Below, piece after piece: positions 12,329-27,000 of a stretch of 64,000 nt of DNA. Source of the stretch: Monocercomonoides exilis PA203 (lineage: Eukaryota; Protista; Preaxostyla); the NCBI GenBank assembly GCA_001643675.2, contig LSRY02000009.1, forward strand, positions 1,612,001 through 1,676,000, written 5' to 3'. The stretch's first letter is position 1; every line of letters begins with the position of its first letter. The notes under the pieces are model-generated. The model saw only the letters and a program-made list of their open reading frames with translations, had not been told where the DNA came from and made no database searches. The position numbers and the translations under genes were made by a program.

Positions 12329-15300
12329 AATGTCGCGTTGATAAAGACAAAGAAGACAAGGGAGCTGAAGGTGAAGAGGAAGATGCAGTTGAAGCAACAG
12401 AATAGTTTTTGTGTGTATAACACGATAAGAAATAATTAAAGTTGAAACATGCTATTTCTAATCTTTGTCACTTTCTTTCTCTCTCAATTTCTCCTCCTTC
12501 ATCTTCTTCTTCTCTTTTGGAGAGCTCCTTATCCAGCAAAAGAAGAAATTTGCAGAAAGCGTTGAAAGTGGAAGGAGGTCGAAAAGGAGGAGAGAGAAGA
12601 AGAAGGATTAGAATATGAGAATGAGGAGGAAGAGATGAGAATGATGCAACTTCCAATACCCACCTGATGCTAACAGCAGCATCATCAGAGGACGAGACAA
12701 AGGAGGGGGACTGGGAAATGAACTTCGCAAAAGAAAAGGAAGAAGAAGAAGAAGGTATTGATGATGAAGAGAAGATATCTAAAGTGGACTCTGAAAAGAG
12801 AAAGCCAGCGTGTGTGGAAAGGAGGCAGTCGTCGGCGTCACCGAAATATCTGTTGAAGCAAATGGTGCGGTGGAGATGGCACATTGTTCAGCCTTTTTTT
12901 TCTGTTCTGTTTCCAATGGCAGCAGAAACTCTGAGAAGCTATCCTGGAAGAGATCCGCAGCCCATGCTTCGCGATCGAAACTGATTAAAAAAAGTGATTA
13001 AATGAGGGATGATTCATATGTAAGAATATTATTAGATTGAATTAATTGAAATAAAATATTGAAAAAAATTAATTTGCAAACAAGAAATGGAATAAAAGCA
13101 AAAAATAACAAATAATAGAATAATATAGAAAACCTTATAAAATGAGGAATTGTGCCTTCATTGTTTCTCGCACAGAGTTTTATGGAGATTGTTTGTGTAG
13201 GTCACAACAGAGTGGAAAGATTTGGCGTCTCTATGATTTTTATGCAGAGGCAGTTCAGACAGGCATTTCGATGCTGGTTGTCAATGCACACACTCACAAA
13301 ATGACCAATGCGATCAACTTACAAATCCCTGTCAAGAATGTCTGTTCACAAGAAAAAGAGAAAAATAAAAGCAAATAGTTCAAAATTTTTAAAAGAATAT
13401 GAAATAAAAAAAAAATAAGCAATTTATTATATATTGATAATATTTCTTTGTTAAATAAAAAGAAAATAAACACAAACATTTATTCCAATCTTCTCCATCA
13501 CCAACATTGATCCGTTTGAAATTCTGTTTTTTCTCTCGCCGAGCTCAGAATATCCTCCACCTTTGACTCTCTTCCCTTTCCTTAAACACCCCATCTTTAA
13601 AAATCTAGTCAATTTTGTTTGTAATAAGCCAAGTTTCACCAAAGATAAAAGTATTCTTTAGCCAGTCTTCTAAAGATTTCAACACTTGGGGAGTGAAACT
13701 TCGCCTCTTCTCCAAACTTCTTCTCATGTGTTATAAACTGTGTCTTCTTTTCATTCGCAATCCTCTTTGGCTATATGATAAACTTCTACGCCTGTGTTTC
13801 TTCCCTGCTCGAATCAGACAACAAAAAATCCAACTCAGACTGGTAGATTCCACTGAAGCTTCCATTTCCTCTCTTCTCTGCTGCTTCCACCACATTCTTC
13901 TCTATCTAGTCCGTGTTATCGCAAAATTCCAACCACACGAAGCTTCCATACTCTCTTCCATTGTGCCTGTCCATGCAGCGCAGAAAGCGGCACTTTCAAG
14001 AGATCTTCGCAATGGTGCCTGTGAATAAGATGAGCGGGTCATTCGCCTCAAATTTCTCATCCGTTACCGACGACCGGCCATTCCAAATCGAGTTCTCATT
14101 CTGTTCATAGAACAGATTCATTTTCACATCCTACACCACACACGAAACAAACAGTGAGCATTCGATGTTAACCTGAGGAATCTCAGGAGCCCACTCCTTC
14201 TACTGCTTTCTCCGAAATAAATCTATCGCGAACTGAGGGTCAGACGAAGGCCTCGGTGATGGAGCGCACAGAAGGCTGTCGCGAAAAGCACACAAAGTAT
14301 TCTGTACATGTTGCGAGTATTGGATGACGTTAATCTCCTCCATTTCTGCGTCTGCTCCGTCACTCCCATCAAACCTCCTTTGCGCCACAAGCACTGTCAG
14401 CGCACCTTCCTCTCCTTCTCTTCCCGGATTATCGACCCTTTGCCTCTCTTTCTTCTTCTTCTTCAGCAGCAATTGTAATTAGCAGATATTGTCAATTTCG
14501 GATTTTTTGTTCTCTAAAATTGAACCAACTTCAGCTAAATATGTTTTGTGACTGGACCAGGAGGAAGATCCATATGTTTCATCTGTATTTGCTGCTTTTT
14601 TTTACAACTTCCATCGCTAACAAGCTTGGTCCCATTCTGCTCGTGCTGTCCTATGAAGATAACAATCCACCAGAAATCAAAGCATTTTATATTCCTTCAC
14701 CTCCTTCGTCTCTCTCTCTTCTGCTTGAAAGAAAGCCATCATCCATTTTTCCTAAATCTCCCGCTTCGCCTCCACAGTCAGCTCATTCTCTGGGAATCTT
14801 TTCATTCATCTTCCGCTTGTCTTTCTCCTTTGTGGATGTCTTCTCAAACATTCGAGTAAGTTCGTTGTGGAAATTCTCCGGAGCTGCAACATGCTTTGCA
14901 TTCTCTTCTTCTTCTTCTTTTCTTCTTCTTCTTCCTTCCTTTCTGTTATCCCTTTTCCATCATTTTCTTTTAGTGAAGGCATTGGAGGAAGGTTTGTTTT
15001 TATCAAAAAACCAGAAATTTGGAAGAGGAAGAAGAAGAAGAAGACAGAAGAAGAAGAAGAATAGGAAGACGAAGACGAAGAGGAAGAAGAAGAAGTGAAA
15101 GAAGACTTTTTATCATTTTCTTTAAGAAGTTTGTTGGTAATTTTGATTATATGGAACATAATTTTTTTGATCATCCATTTTCAATGTTTTTTTTCGATTT
15201 CAAAAATCAACATAAACAAACAGATTTTGAAACCACATTTGAAATCGCAAACAATATAATGAAATTGAAATTTAATAACAAATGAGAAATTTATTATCAA

Positions 15301-17699
15301 CGTTTAAACGTCCAGAAAAAAAATTTTTTTGAAATGAATTTCAATTTTTATAAAACATAAACCAAAAATGCCGGTTTCTTTTTAAATTATTAATTATTAA
15401 TCAACAAATACAAAATATCAACAATCCCTGTGAAGTTCAGTAATTTCATGATCGATGATTTGATTAACAAATTCCATATAAAAAACAATTTGTTATTGTT
15501 CTTTCAGAAAACATCTTCAAAAAAATAAACGAACACGATAAACGAAGGACGTTTTCGATAATTTGAAGATTTTAACAAAAGTGCATCTGTTCATTTTCTT
15601 CAATGATGAATAAATATGCAATGATAAAGTTAAGAAAAAAGTTTTAATTTTTTTGATATTCAAGTGTTTTTATATAATCATGGTCTTGAAACAAAATGTT
15701 TCTTTTTCCTTTTCAATCAAGGTTTATTTGATTTGATTTGCTTATCAAATTGTTTCCTTTGATCATGGGCATTTCGAAAATATTAACCAATGAAAAGAAG
15801 CTTTTAAAACTGTTTAACTGGTATTTTATGTATTCTTGGTTGATTTATTAAAAACATATATTCACCTTGATTCTATTCTTATCTTTTTCATTTATTGAAA
15901 CAGTCAATATGACAGTTTTTCGGAAATGTTTTATTGTTTTTTGTTGTAACTTGAATTGGAAATTCAAAATTCAAACTTTCGATAGAACAATGGATTTTTT
16001 TTATTTGAGAGCAAAATCGAAGGAGATTTTTCGAGAAAAGATGATTGAAAAGAGAGAAGATCAATGAAATTCAGATTATTTCGAAGATTTCTTGAAATGG
16101 AACATAGCAATTGTTTATTTTTGATGAAAGGAAAATTTATTTCGAAATAAAGAAATGATAAATGGATGAGATAAAATGAAAAAAGGATTTTTCAATTATA
16201 TCTTTATTTCCGTTTAAGAAAAGGTTATTATAGAGCTTTGTGTTCAATGGATTCAAAGGTTTCTCTCACCAGAGGAAAATGCAGAAGAGCATGTGAAAGA
16301 AGATAGGAAGCTATCCGCAAAAGGAATATATGTTTCTTCCGAAAACAATGCTTCAGAATGAATATGTGAAGAAGAAACGAACCGGATGAATAAGTTGGGA
16401 AACATGAGAGATGACAGCAAACTCAACATAGCAAATCAATCGGAAGAATACAGCAACTCCAACCTGACTTGGCAGGTATGCAAATGTTGCACAGAAGAAA
16501 CCTTCAATTCATAAGAATTGAAAAGGATTAAAGAGTGAATATGATTAAAACAATTTGAACATGAATCTGATTGAAATTGCTGTTGATTTATCAAGATGCA
16601 TTAAGTCCCATTTTGCTTGTTCATCCTAAGGAATCTTTTTTTCATTAGCTTGTTCATACACATTCATAGAATCAATCCGATTTTTATTTTTTTATTCATT
16701 CCGTAGCAGTTCCCTCCTTCCCTGATATCTTCAATCCTTTCACAAACAAATACAACTTAGAAGAAAGACAGAATTCATTCAAGAGACAATGCTGCAACAT
16801 ATTACCGAAGAATGTCATGCCTATAATTCCAGTTGGGTGAAAAAATTTGAAAAATTACAATTTTTCACCTGATTTGTTCCACAAAAAATCAACGAATGTT
16901 TTCAATCAACCGTAATTTTTTCTTGTTTGATTTATTCATTCTTTTATCTCAAACATAAGCATTTGACATATTTAAAATTACAGTTTTCTTCGTATATGTT
17001 ATCAAACTGGTACAATTTTTAAAGTTTATTTGTATTTTTTTCTGTTTATAAACTGCAATTCATTCAACTTGAGTTTTCTTTTGCAACTTTTTTGACAAAA
17101 TGAGTTTCACATATCTTTTATTTGAGATATAACAATCATTATCTATGTAATCTCATAATGCAAATGAAACAAATTAACATTAGTTTATTATGGAGATTAT
17201 TAATAATGATTGTGTGTTCCAACTTTTTTTTGTTCACTTTCTTGTTTGCTGTTTTCGCTCTGTTTTTGAGCTTTATGTGTTTTGTGTGCTCTGGACTACG
17301 GAAAGAAGTTGACACCTACTTCACTGCCATCGCAGATAAAGCGCGCCGGGTCGCCGTTTGGGGGCGAAAGCACGCAATTGCTCTCGACGCCGTTCCAGCC
17401 TTCGAGCGCAACGAAGCGCGCTTCCGGGGCTGCAGGCGGGCAGACGAAGTTGCTGGATCGATCGTTGACCCCCATCCGGAGAGAGGATGCGATTGACTCA
17501 AGTGTGTGCTTTGGGTATTTGTTGTTTTGTTTTTGACGAGTTGGCTGTCTTCTGTGGGTGTGGGGTTTTTGTGATGCGCCAGCTGTTGCGGGACTGGCCT
17601 TTGAGGAGCCTCGTGGGATGGAGGAAGACAGGACTGGCGATTTGTGTGGCAGTTCCTTTGAACGATGAAAAAAATGTGATTGAATTCTGTTTGGTGTAT

Positions 17700-20270
17700 T
17701 TTTTTCAGGAACCCGCCGTCGCAGATTGACGACAGCGACTACTTCATGAGCCGGGCGAGGCTGCTGGCATCGAGGAAAATAACGTTTGGGGCGATGGAGC
17801 GACTGAGGAGCTATTTTATGCCGATAGAGGGGAATATGTGTAGAGAGTCGCGAGGGCCGCTGGTGACGTACACGAGGGAAGGGGTGAGGCGGCTGGGGGC
17901 AGGGGAGCAGATTATGCACAACCAGATGTGCATTGATGTGACGCTTGCAGATGTGGGAGAGATGCTGGGGAATGCTGCACAGCGAGGAAGGAGAGCTGCT
18001 GCACCAGATACGAGTGGAGTATGAGCGTGTGTATGGGGCGCTGTGGAAGGAGCAAGAGGCGGGGGCAGCGCGGGAAGGGCGGCTGCAGGAAGAGCTGAAG
18101 AACAAGGAGGAAGACCTGGAGAGGACGAAGGCGAATGCAGCTCAGATGCTGAGCGAGACGTGCGCGAAGTGCGAGGCGCAGGTAGCGGAGCTGGCGGGGG
18201 TGAAGGAGGGGCTGGGGCAGCAAATCCGGGAGCTGAAGGAGCAGCACGAGGAGGCGAAGCAGGAGATGGAGAAGCGGTACTCGGAGTTCAACATGCTGCT
18301 GCAGAAGATCCGGGACGACGAGCGGATCTCGAAGCGGACGAGCGGGCTGGCGGAGCAGCTGCAGGAGAATGACAAGATCATCCGGATGCGGGAGAGGAAG
18401 ATCCTGGAGCTGAGCGAGAAGTACAATGCAGAGGTGAAGGAGCTGCAGGAGCAGCTGGCGGAAATGAAGGAGAAGGCGGAGTTTATTGATGTGGGGACTG
18501 AGAAGGAGAAGAAGCGGAGAACGCAGCAGGGCGGGGTGGTGAGTGAGGACAGCAAGGGAGCAGGAGCAGGAGCAGGGGTGCCGCTTGCTACGCCTTTTTC
18601 GTTGTCGTCTGCGGGAGGTGGAGTGGTTCCGTCTTCAGCGTCGTTGATCCTGCCGTCGGGGCTGTGTGAAAAGTTCCAGGAGAAGTTTGTAGTTAGCATC
18701 GGGGATGGCAGCGCTGTGATGGTTGGGCCAGACCCGAGAGGTAAGGGGGTTGTTGTGAAAGTGGGGAGCGGGGTGAGTGTTGTGGGCAAAGCAAACAGCT
18801 GTTGGGGAAAGTGTTCCAGTGGTAGAGAAGGAGGAGATATAACATGAGGCAGAAGAGAAACAAGTGGAAAAGGAAACGAAAATGATGATGGTGCTGTCAA
18901 AAGTGCAGGAGCAGAAGAAAATGAAGAAGTTAATGAAGAGACCTAGGAGTGACTGATTTTGCAGGTGAAGGAGCTAAAGAAACAGGTGGTACGGTGAAAC
19001 TTTTACGTGAGCATGGAAGGTGAGGTTGATGAGAAAGGGGTAACTGCGCTGTTATTGCTGGAAGTTCCAATGGCGACGGAGCGGCTGATGAGAAAAGAAT
19101 CATGATCGTAGGGGCAGGTGGCGTCAGAAACGGTGCATGTGCTTCGGATGTGGCCCACGTGGAGGTCGTCTGTGTCGATGGAGCGGCTGCTGCCGTAGCT
19201 GGTGCGTAAGCTGTCTACGTTCAGGGTGATATTCGGAGACAAGGTTGAGGCAGACGTGGGCGGGGGTGGTGCCGGGTGGAGAGGGGCAGGGGCAGGGGCA
19301 GGGGTTTGGGGACTTTGTGTTCATGTGAATGTTGGAGAAACACACAGAGCAGAAGAAAAGTGAGCGGGTGCCGCAGGGGATAATCCACGAAGTGGAGTTT
19401 TTTTGGATGAAATTTGTGGATGTTAGGTTTTTGGTGAAGCTTGTGCCGGAGGAGTTTATGATTGACGAGCTATTGTTTTTCCAATTCTTCTAAACGGTGC
19501 TTGAAGGAGCGTCGAAGAAGAAGTTCAAAATGTTATTTGGGGAGTTCGAAGGAATGCAGTCGAAGAAGTGGGAGGCGGATAAATCTGTGTTTCTGGGGTT
19601 TCTGCAGAACTACTTCCGGGCAGAGGCAACGAAGCGGAAGGAGTCGATGAATGCGCTGTATGATGCGATATGCAGTGGCGATTCATCAACATCATCATCG
19701 GCTTCATCAACAACATCATCGTCATTGTCATCGCCAGGGGCAGTGCGCAGAGGGATCACGTACTCGGAGCTGGAGTCTCTTCTGTGTGTGTGCTATCCGC
19801 AGACGCCGCAGGCGCTGTCGCTGCGGATCTTCCGGGATGCGTACCGGCTGTCGGGCTGCTGTCTGCCATCGTTTACGTCTGTGCTGGAAGTGTGTCTGCA
19901 AAATGACTTCATGATGCGCTACTTGAAGCTGCCGGATGTGTGCGACACAACAGACCGGTGGGCTCCTCTGAAAGCGTCTGAGAAAAATGCAGCTGTGAAG
20001 ACGGTTTATTGCGGCTGGACAACCTAGTGTGGGTGCTTTCGGGGGTGTTGGCAGGTGTGTTGGCAGGGGTGTCAGCAGGGGGTAGGGCTGAAACAGCGAG
20101 AGGTGGTTGTTCCGAAGGCGGTGACGAAGAAAGAAGTGAGGCGAGAGACGTTCCGGATGATGCAGCTGCTGGTGGAGCTGGTGGAGCTGCAGCTGGGGAG
20201 GAACGAGGCAGAAGGAGTGATATGAATTTGGCTTCTGCAGAGAAACGGGAAGTGTTTGAAGCTGTTTCAA
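17700..20270 (+). pseudogene. GC-rich disrupted gene for a coiled-coil protein
   Basis: Strong GC3-rich codon usage and E/K/Q heptads in ORF 17945-18847. Coding-like sequence continues through several stops and frameshifts to ORF 19497-20027. Confidence 0.6.
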
Positions 20271-20944
20271 TAGCCAATGGCATGCAGGCAGGAGGGAAGA
20301 GGAGCCATATTTTTCAATGTTTCACAATTGTCTGCTTCTTCAGCTCCATACTAATAAGTTCTGAGTTCGAAAGAGATATCCATAAACAATATGTTCCTTT
20401 CTTTTGAGTCAACATTATGTTCGATCGATCCATCAGTTTACCCGATCACATTTTCATCAACAACTTCAATCTCAACGAAATCGTCTTTATTTCCATATTC
20501 TTCTTTTTTTTCTTAATTTTTCCCTCTTTTTCCCCCTTTCTCTTTGTTCATCTTCAAATTTTTTTTTCATTCTTTTTCATCCACTTTTCTCTTTCAATCC
20601 ATGTTTTTTAATAATTTTCTTTTTCTTCATAATCAAACAGAATTTGTTTTCTTTCACTCAATTATTTGTTAGACATCTTTTTTCATCATTTCATCAATTC
20701 CTAACTCTCGCTTTTTGCTTTACAAGATTCTTCATAAATGCCTTTCAAAATATTCAAAAAAAGTTTTTTTTCTTTTCCAATGATTTTTATTTTTTCGGCT
20801 GCTCATTCTTCAATGCGCCTCTTCATTTATTATCTTCCGATTTCATAAACGCACTCAGCTCTCTCTCTCTTTCCACATTCCATTAGCTTTCGTTGGTATC
20901 GAACATACTTGAAAAAAATAACCTAATTTTAATTTTAAACAATA

Positions 20945-21140
20945 CACCAAAAATAATTCAATTTCGAAAAAAAATAATTCGATTTCGGAATTAATAATTC
21001 GAAATCGAAAAAAAATAATTCGAATTCGGAAATTATTAATTCAATTTCGAAAAAGAATATTTCAAATTCGAAAATTAATATTTCAAATTCGAAAATTATT
21101 AATTCGATTTCGAAAATTAATAATTCAAATTCGGAATTTT
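20945..21140. repeat. Left TIR: about 9-10 copies of a 20-21-bp unit (AAAAWWAATAATTCRAWWTCG-like)
   Basis: Tandem array, reverse complement of 29088-29442. Confidence 0.9.
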
Positions 21141-21379
21141 TCAAATGAACATATCCATGTTGAATAATGTTAGAATTCAACATTGAAAGTTTATTGATGA
21201 ATAATTTCAAATGAATTTACTTCAACTTATATATATTTTTCCTTAAAATTCGAAATAACATTAAAATAAAAGTTTATAAAACAAAAATAAAATAGACTTT
21301 GTTTGATGCAATTATTGTTCGCTAATCTTTTTGTAATTTCCTTGATAAAAGCACATATGATAATATATTTTTCAAACTA

Positions 21380-21414
<35 letters not shown>

Positions 21415-21574
21415 TAAATAACTTTGAACAATTTCGCTGTTTCTAAATTTTCCTTTCCTTTTGGCTTTTTCAATACAACTCTTCTTCTCATTTATTTCTT
21501 CTTTTTTTCTTTTCTTCTCCCAAAACTAATCCAACCATTCCATCCCTTCCTTCTCCCTTCATTCCTCTCTCTCC

Positions 21575-22520
21575 ATGCACTCAACCATCTTCAAACACAC
21601 CCACAACCCCATCGATGGAGCCATCCTCCCCAACCTCAACAGCCCCTCCACTTCCCTCTCAACATTCAACACCTCTTTCCTTCACCAAACACGCTCTTCA
21701 CCAAATGCTGCTGTTGAACACATTGGAACTGAATCTCAAAGAGCGAAACCTGGAAGATTGACTTCATTCGATTAGAACAGTCATCGTTTTGAGTGGTGTG
21801 AATGGAATGATTCAAATGGACAAAATGATTATGGAGGTGCTCTAAAAGTCAACTGCACAAATGCAAATCTCACAATCACTTCTTGTTCATTCAATAATTG
21901 TTCTAATACAAATCACGGTGGAGCGTTATCCAGTTACAGTTTACAGAATGTGAACATCGCTAAATCCAATTTTTCAAACTGTTCGGCATTGCATGGAGGC
22001 GCAGTCCATGCTACAAGTCCACGATCAAATTCTGTTTGGACATTCTCAGAAAACAGAGTGGAAAGTTGTTCAATAACAAGTTGGTGCGGAACTGGTTGGT
22101 ATTTTTATATTGGCGAGTTTTCTTCAAACGGAAATTTCATGTTCACCAAATGCAAGTGCATTTCAAATTCTGGTGGTAATTCTGCTGGTTCTTTAACATT
22201 TCATTGGCCTCCGAAAGAAAAACCAAGTCAGTTTTCAATTAAAGAGTGCCAGTTTATTGGCAATACATTGACTGCATCATCTATTTATGGTGGAGCTGGT
22301 ATGTATTTCCATTTGTTAAATGAGTGGATAAATGGAACAAATATCATCATATTCTGTTTCTTCGATGGCAACACGCAACTAATGGCAGAGGAAACGATGT
22401 GTTCTTCAGCGGTAATAGCATAACCCAATCTCCTTTCCAGCAATGTGGCTCAACAACTCCAACGAAAAGAGTCTGGAACGCAGGAACCGCTGAAAACTCC
22501 GAGTATGTTGGCAGGTTTTG
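21575..22520 (+). pseudogene. Beta-helix repeat protein fragment (cargo)
   Basis: YGGAL, HGGAL, HGGAV and YGGAG repeats, with a stop at 21773 and a frameshift near 22375. The NGRGNDVFFSG..ITQSPF segment is shared with 43099. Confidence 0.65.
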
Positions 22521-24279
22521 GCTTTTCCTTCAAAATTCTCCAATGAAATGCTTTTCCTGCTTCCATCTCTCGTTTTTTCTTTCTTTATCATCGCCTCTCA
22601 TCTCTTTCCTTATTCTCTTTCTTTTTTCATAACTTTTGATTTCTCTTGTAATTCATCAATTTGTCTTCTTTGTTGTTTCACTTTTCAATTTTTTTTTCTC
22701 TTCTCAAGCATCTTCCTTTTCTTATCCAAATAATCTCTTTTGCGCTGTTCAACCATTCTTCTCTTCTCAGATTCAACTTCCAACTCAAATCTCTTAAATC
22801 ATTTCTATCTTATTTACGTGCATCATATTCAATAAAACCAGGAACTGATTTCTCTTTATCTTCATTTGTATTTCTTCTGCTTCTTTATCTGATTTAAAAG
22901 AAGAAGAAGCCACAAAAGAGCAGGGCATTTCGACCAGCAAAGTTCAGCTGCCTCGCATTCAACTGTCTGTTATGACGATTGGATAGAGGATGAAACAATA
23001 GAAGATATAAATTCTGGCTGCTAAGTTGTTTTGGTGGCTGCTCTATCGAATTGTTCAAATTTAGTGAATTAGATTGTTCATTCAATGCTTCTTCAAAAGA
23101 TTCTGGTGTTTGTGAACTCGCAGCATCCTTCTCAGAATCTTCTTCATTTTTCCTCCCTTTTCGTTCTCCCTTATCTTATACATCCTCCTTTCCCCTTATT
23201 CTCTTCTCCTCATTTCTCACCTTTCGATATGAGCACCCAGCCGAATGCGCCTGCATCTCTGTGTATTGTCGCAGCAAAGCCTCATCTTTCCCTTTCATCT
23301 CTGTCACAACAGAATTTTTCATCTAATAGCCTGAACTTCCGTGTGGTTGAAGAGATGTTACCAGAAAAGATAGAAAACAACCGTGAAAAGACGAAGAATA
23401 AGGAGGAGAAGAAGAAAAATCAAACCGAAGACTATTCTGCACCTGCAAATGCATCTGAAACGGCAGCTCGGCAGCAGAAGATGACGAATGAGTTACAAGA
23501 AGCTGAACAAAATCGAAGTTGGAAATCGGCGTTAAGTCGCCTTTCCTACCGCTTATCATATCAAACAAAAGAAAACGTCTCCGCTGTTGTGAAGTTGTTT
23601 CCATCTCTTCATTCGCCTCAGCTTAATCTTCTTTCAAGACGTTTTTCTTTCTGTTCTCTGAAAGAAAGAATATTTTTTCTTTCATATTTTCTGCAGAGAT
23701 ATCCATTTTCAACTTGCAATAACGGTGCATGTAGAGGAGCGAACGAATAACTAACATCACCAGCAGATGTCAATAGAATACTTGGTTTATGGGAACTTTT
23801 GGAATTCTTGCAAAAAAATGGAGTGATGTTCAAAAGAGGATGTTGATGTTGTTGCTGCTGCTTTTGATGATTTGAATGCATTGAGAGTGATTGTTCCAGT
23901 TTTTCCATTCTATCTGTTCTCCCTCAACAACCAGAATCATCTTCTTTGCATTTCTTTCTTCTTCCATTTAATTTTGTTTCATTTTTTCATCTTCTTTTTT
24001 CATTTCTCCTATTCTTTCTATTTCTCTCCATTCATTCAATGTCAGTTCATTAACATTCATCTTTATCTGAAGATTCATCTGTTCTTGATGAAATAGAATT
24101 ATGCGCGAAAGCGAAGACAGCAAAGCATCAGAAGAAGAAGACGAAAGAAGAACATCGCTTCCGATTCGTTCTGTATTTATTATTTTTAACGAAGAATGCA
24201 TAGGAGAAAATGATGAAATGGATTGGGATGTTGCAGAAATATAAGACGAATACGAATAAGAATACGAAAATGAAGAAAA

Positions 24280-24358
24280 TGAAGAAGAAGAAGAAGAAGA
24301 AGAAGAAGAAGAAGAAGAAGAAGAAGAAGAAGAAGAAGAAGAAGAAGAAGAAGAAGAA

Positions 24359-24388
<30 letters not shown>
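24280..24388. repeat. (GAA)n followed by (GAT)n microsatellite
   Basis: Directly visible. Confidence 0.97.
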
Positions 24389-24389
<1 letters not shown>

Positions 24390-25429
24390 GAGGATTGAAA
24401 TAAACATGATGTGAAGGGAAGAATAAAGAGAAGAAGAGGAAGAGGAAGAGGAAGAGGAAGAAGATAATGATGATGATGTGGAGGAGGAAGAAATAGAAGA
24501 AGTGGAAGAAGAAGATTCAGATGCGTTTCTGTGAAAGTGACTTGTCTCTCTTTTCGGTTGGGCTGATTTCCTAGTCTTCTCTGTGAAACTTTTTCAATTT
24601 TTTGCCATCTTCACCTTGTTTCGTTCATCTGAGTCAATGTAAATGTCATAAACGATTTCCAAAAAAGAATCTCCAAAAACGATGGATTATCGATCAACGC
24701 ACAAAATATTTTTTTTTTTTTTTTTTTTTTTTTTTGATCAGATTCATTCCATTTTCGCTTATTACGTATCCAAAAGAAGGAAGAAGATGAAGCTGAAGAA
24801 GATGGTTAAAAACTGTTATTTGAAACAAAATATGAAGAAGATAATGAAAAGACATCTGGAATGAATCACCTCTCTCTACCGGGGCTTTTCTCTGCTTATT
24901 TTGAGTCAAACGAGAAGAGATCTGTTGCACCTCTGGCTGATAATTCTACAAAGATGAATCACTAATATTTTATTGTGCAATCAGTAAAAACATTTTATGT
25001 GTTGAATGAAACAGTCTTTTTCTATTGAAGCATTTCTGCTGCAACTGGCACACTATCAGATGAAATGATGTCGATGCAGAATAATCTTTGGCTGAAGAAT
25101 TTCCACAACGTTTTCCTGTCGATCCACTGAACATGTAATTTTTATTCGCTTTTTTCATCCCTTTGATTTCTCAGTCGGTTTGATCTGGGTTCACAAACAA
25201 AAAAATGAAAGGCCCTCTCAAAAAAGTTGTCATTCTCCATATAAATTGAAGTTCTTAGAATTTGTGCATCTTTGCTGCTGTAGTGAAATTTTTTTCCTTC
25301 TCTTTGTTCTTCAAAACCGCCTAATTTCGAATTCTTTCAACAGCCTGAACGAAAAAAAAATCATAATCACTTCAAAAAAATAACAACAACAAACCTTCAA
25401 AACGTATTTTTTAGCCAATGTCTATATTT

Positions 25430-26600
25430 AATCCTATTGGCATCTGTTTTTTCAATTCAATTTCATTATTCCTTCCTTTTTCAAGTGTTTCATCATCTGA
25501 TTCGCAAATCATCCTTTCCATCAGTTGTTTCTCCATCAAATGCAGCGATTTCTTGCTCATCTGAAAAATGTGAAATTTATGCATTCAGCTCAAATTCTTT
25601 CTTTCTCAATTCAAATCCAATCAGATTCAACAAAAATTAGCAGCCAATTTCCTCTCAATCTCTTCACCCTGCAAACTTTTCATATGACTCTGCTCTCCCA
25701 ACTAGATAGTCACCCTGCACAACGAGATATCCCGCTTTCATTCATTTTCAGATATTTCCACCTGCTGACCTGAAAGAAACACAAAAACATTCAACAGATA
25801 AATGTTCATATATAAAAAATAAAATAATACCAAACGGACCTTCAAATATTTTTTTCCAAACACACTCATCTTCACAGCCATCTTCATTCACAAAATCAAT
25901 CTCTTCATTTCAGCATCAGAATGGTTGAAAACAGCATTGCATCCTTCTCCTCAAAATACATTGTACATCTCACTGGAGGGTCTTCTCAGCCCGTACACAT
26001 TGTTATGGATGCCCAGAGGTGTTTTTTCTGTTTTTGGTATGATCTTCTCCTTTAATAATATTCTCAACCATCCAAAACAGTATTTGATGTTTATCTCATC
26101 AGCACACATTACAGGAGGGATATAGGGCAGAGAAGAGATGGAAGAGGATTATTTGTGGTAGGGGGTGGGAGTTGAGTGTTTATTTGAATGTTATTATTTC
26201 GAGAGGGTTTTTTGAATTCAAGAAACTCTGAAACAAAGGGTTGGGGGAAAAGCATGTGCAAATTTGGAGAAAAATATGTTGCAAATACATAGTGAAGTGG
26301 CTGGAAATTGTTAAGAAGCGTTTATTGTTGATGTGAGAACGGATTTTGATTAAAAGGAAAAGAGGGTAAAATTGGACAAGAAGAAGAATTTTCTGAAGTG
26401 TTCAAATGGAAGGAGGGATATTTTTTCATGAGAAGAAAAGATTTTATGGAAGAGAATGGGAAAGATGAAGAAAAGGAAGGGATTGATATTTAATGAGATA
26501 AAGGATAGAAAACAAAGAAATGGAGAGATAAGAATATATTTTTAGATTGTTGCTGATTGGATATGATGTGACTGGATGTGAAAGAGCTCGACGAAGGGAT
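25430..26600. repeat. Inverted third copy of the coding-like module found at ~900-1800 and ~60900-61990
   Basis: e.g. GGTGTTTTTTCTGTTTTTGGTATGATCTTCTCCTTTAATAATATTCTCAA is the reverse complement of sequence near 1376-1425 and 61387-61436. Confidence 0.85.
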
Positions 26601-27000
26601 TGAGAGAAGAAGAAGAAGAAGAAAAAGTTATGAATACATTATTTTATTAGGAAATTTATTGATTATTTTTTTCAAACAATAAATTAAGTCAATTTTTTGT
26701 TTTTATCTTATTTGAATCACTTTTTAATTATTATTCAAGTTTGCATATAATAAAAAGAAATTGGTCGTTCTCAATCTTTGTTATTTGATATCAGAAATAA
26801 TTTTCATCTTTTTTTCATAACTTCAAGTTGAATTAATGTTTTTTAACAAAAATTTGGACTGTTATAAACTCAATTTAAAAATATTTTTTGTTTCATTTTG
26901 TATTTTTCATATTAGTTCATAATTTCTTTTCATCCCGCTATTTATATTTTTCACTTCATTTTTTGTATATATCATTTCTCCATATACACAAATAAATGTA

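Noticed and set aside
15150-15850. MULE transposase relic (QTDFETTF)
   Set aside because: Single weak motif in AT-rich DNA with no sustained frame.
16834-16870. TGGGTGA-family end closing the 11027 element
   Set aside because: Only a ~37-bp hairpin with no subterminal homology and no TA flank.
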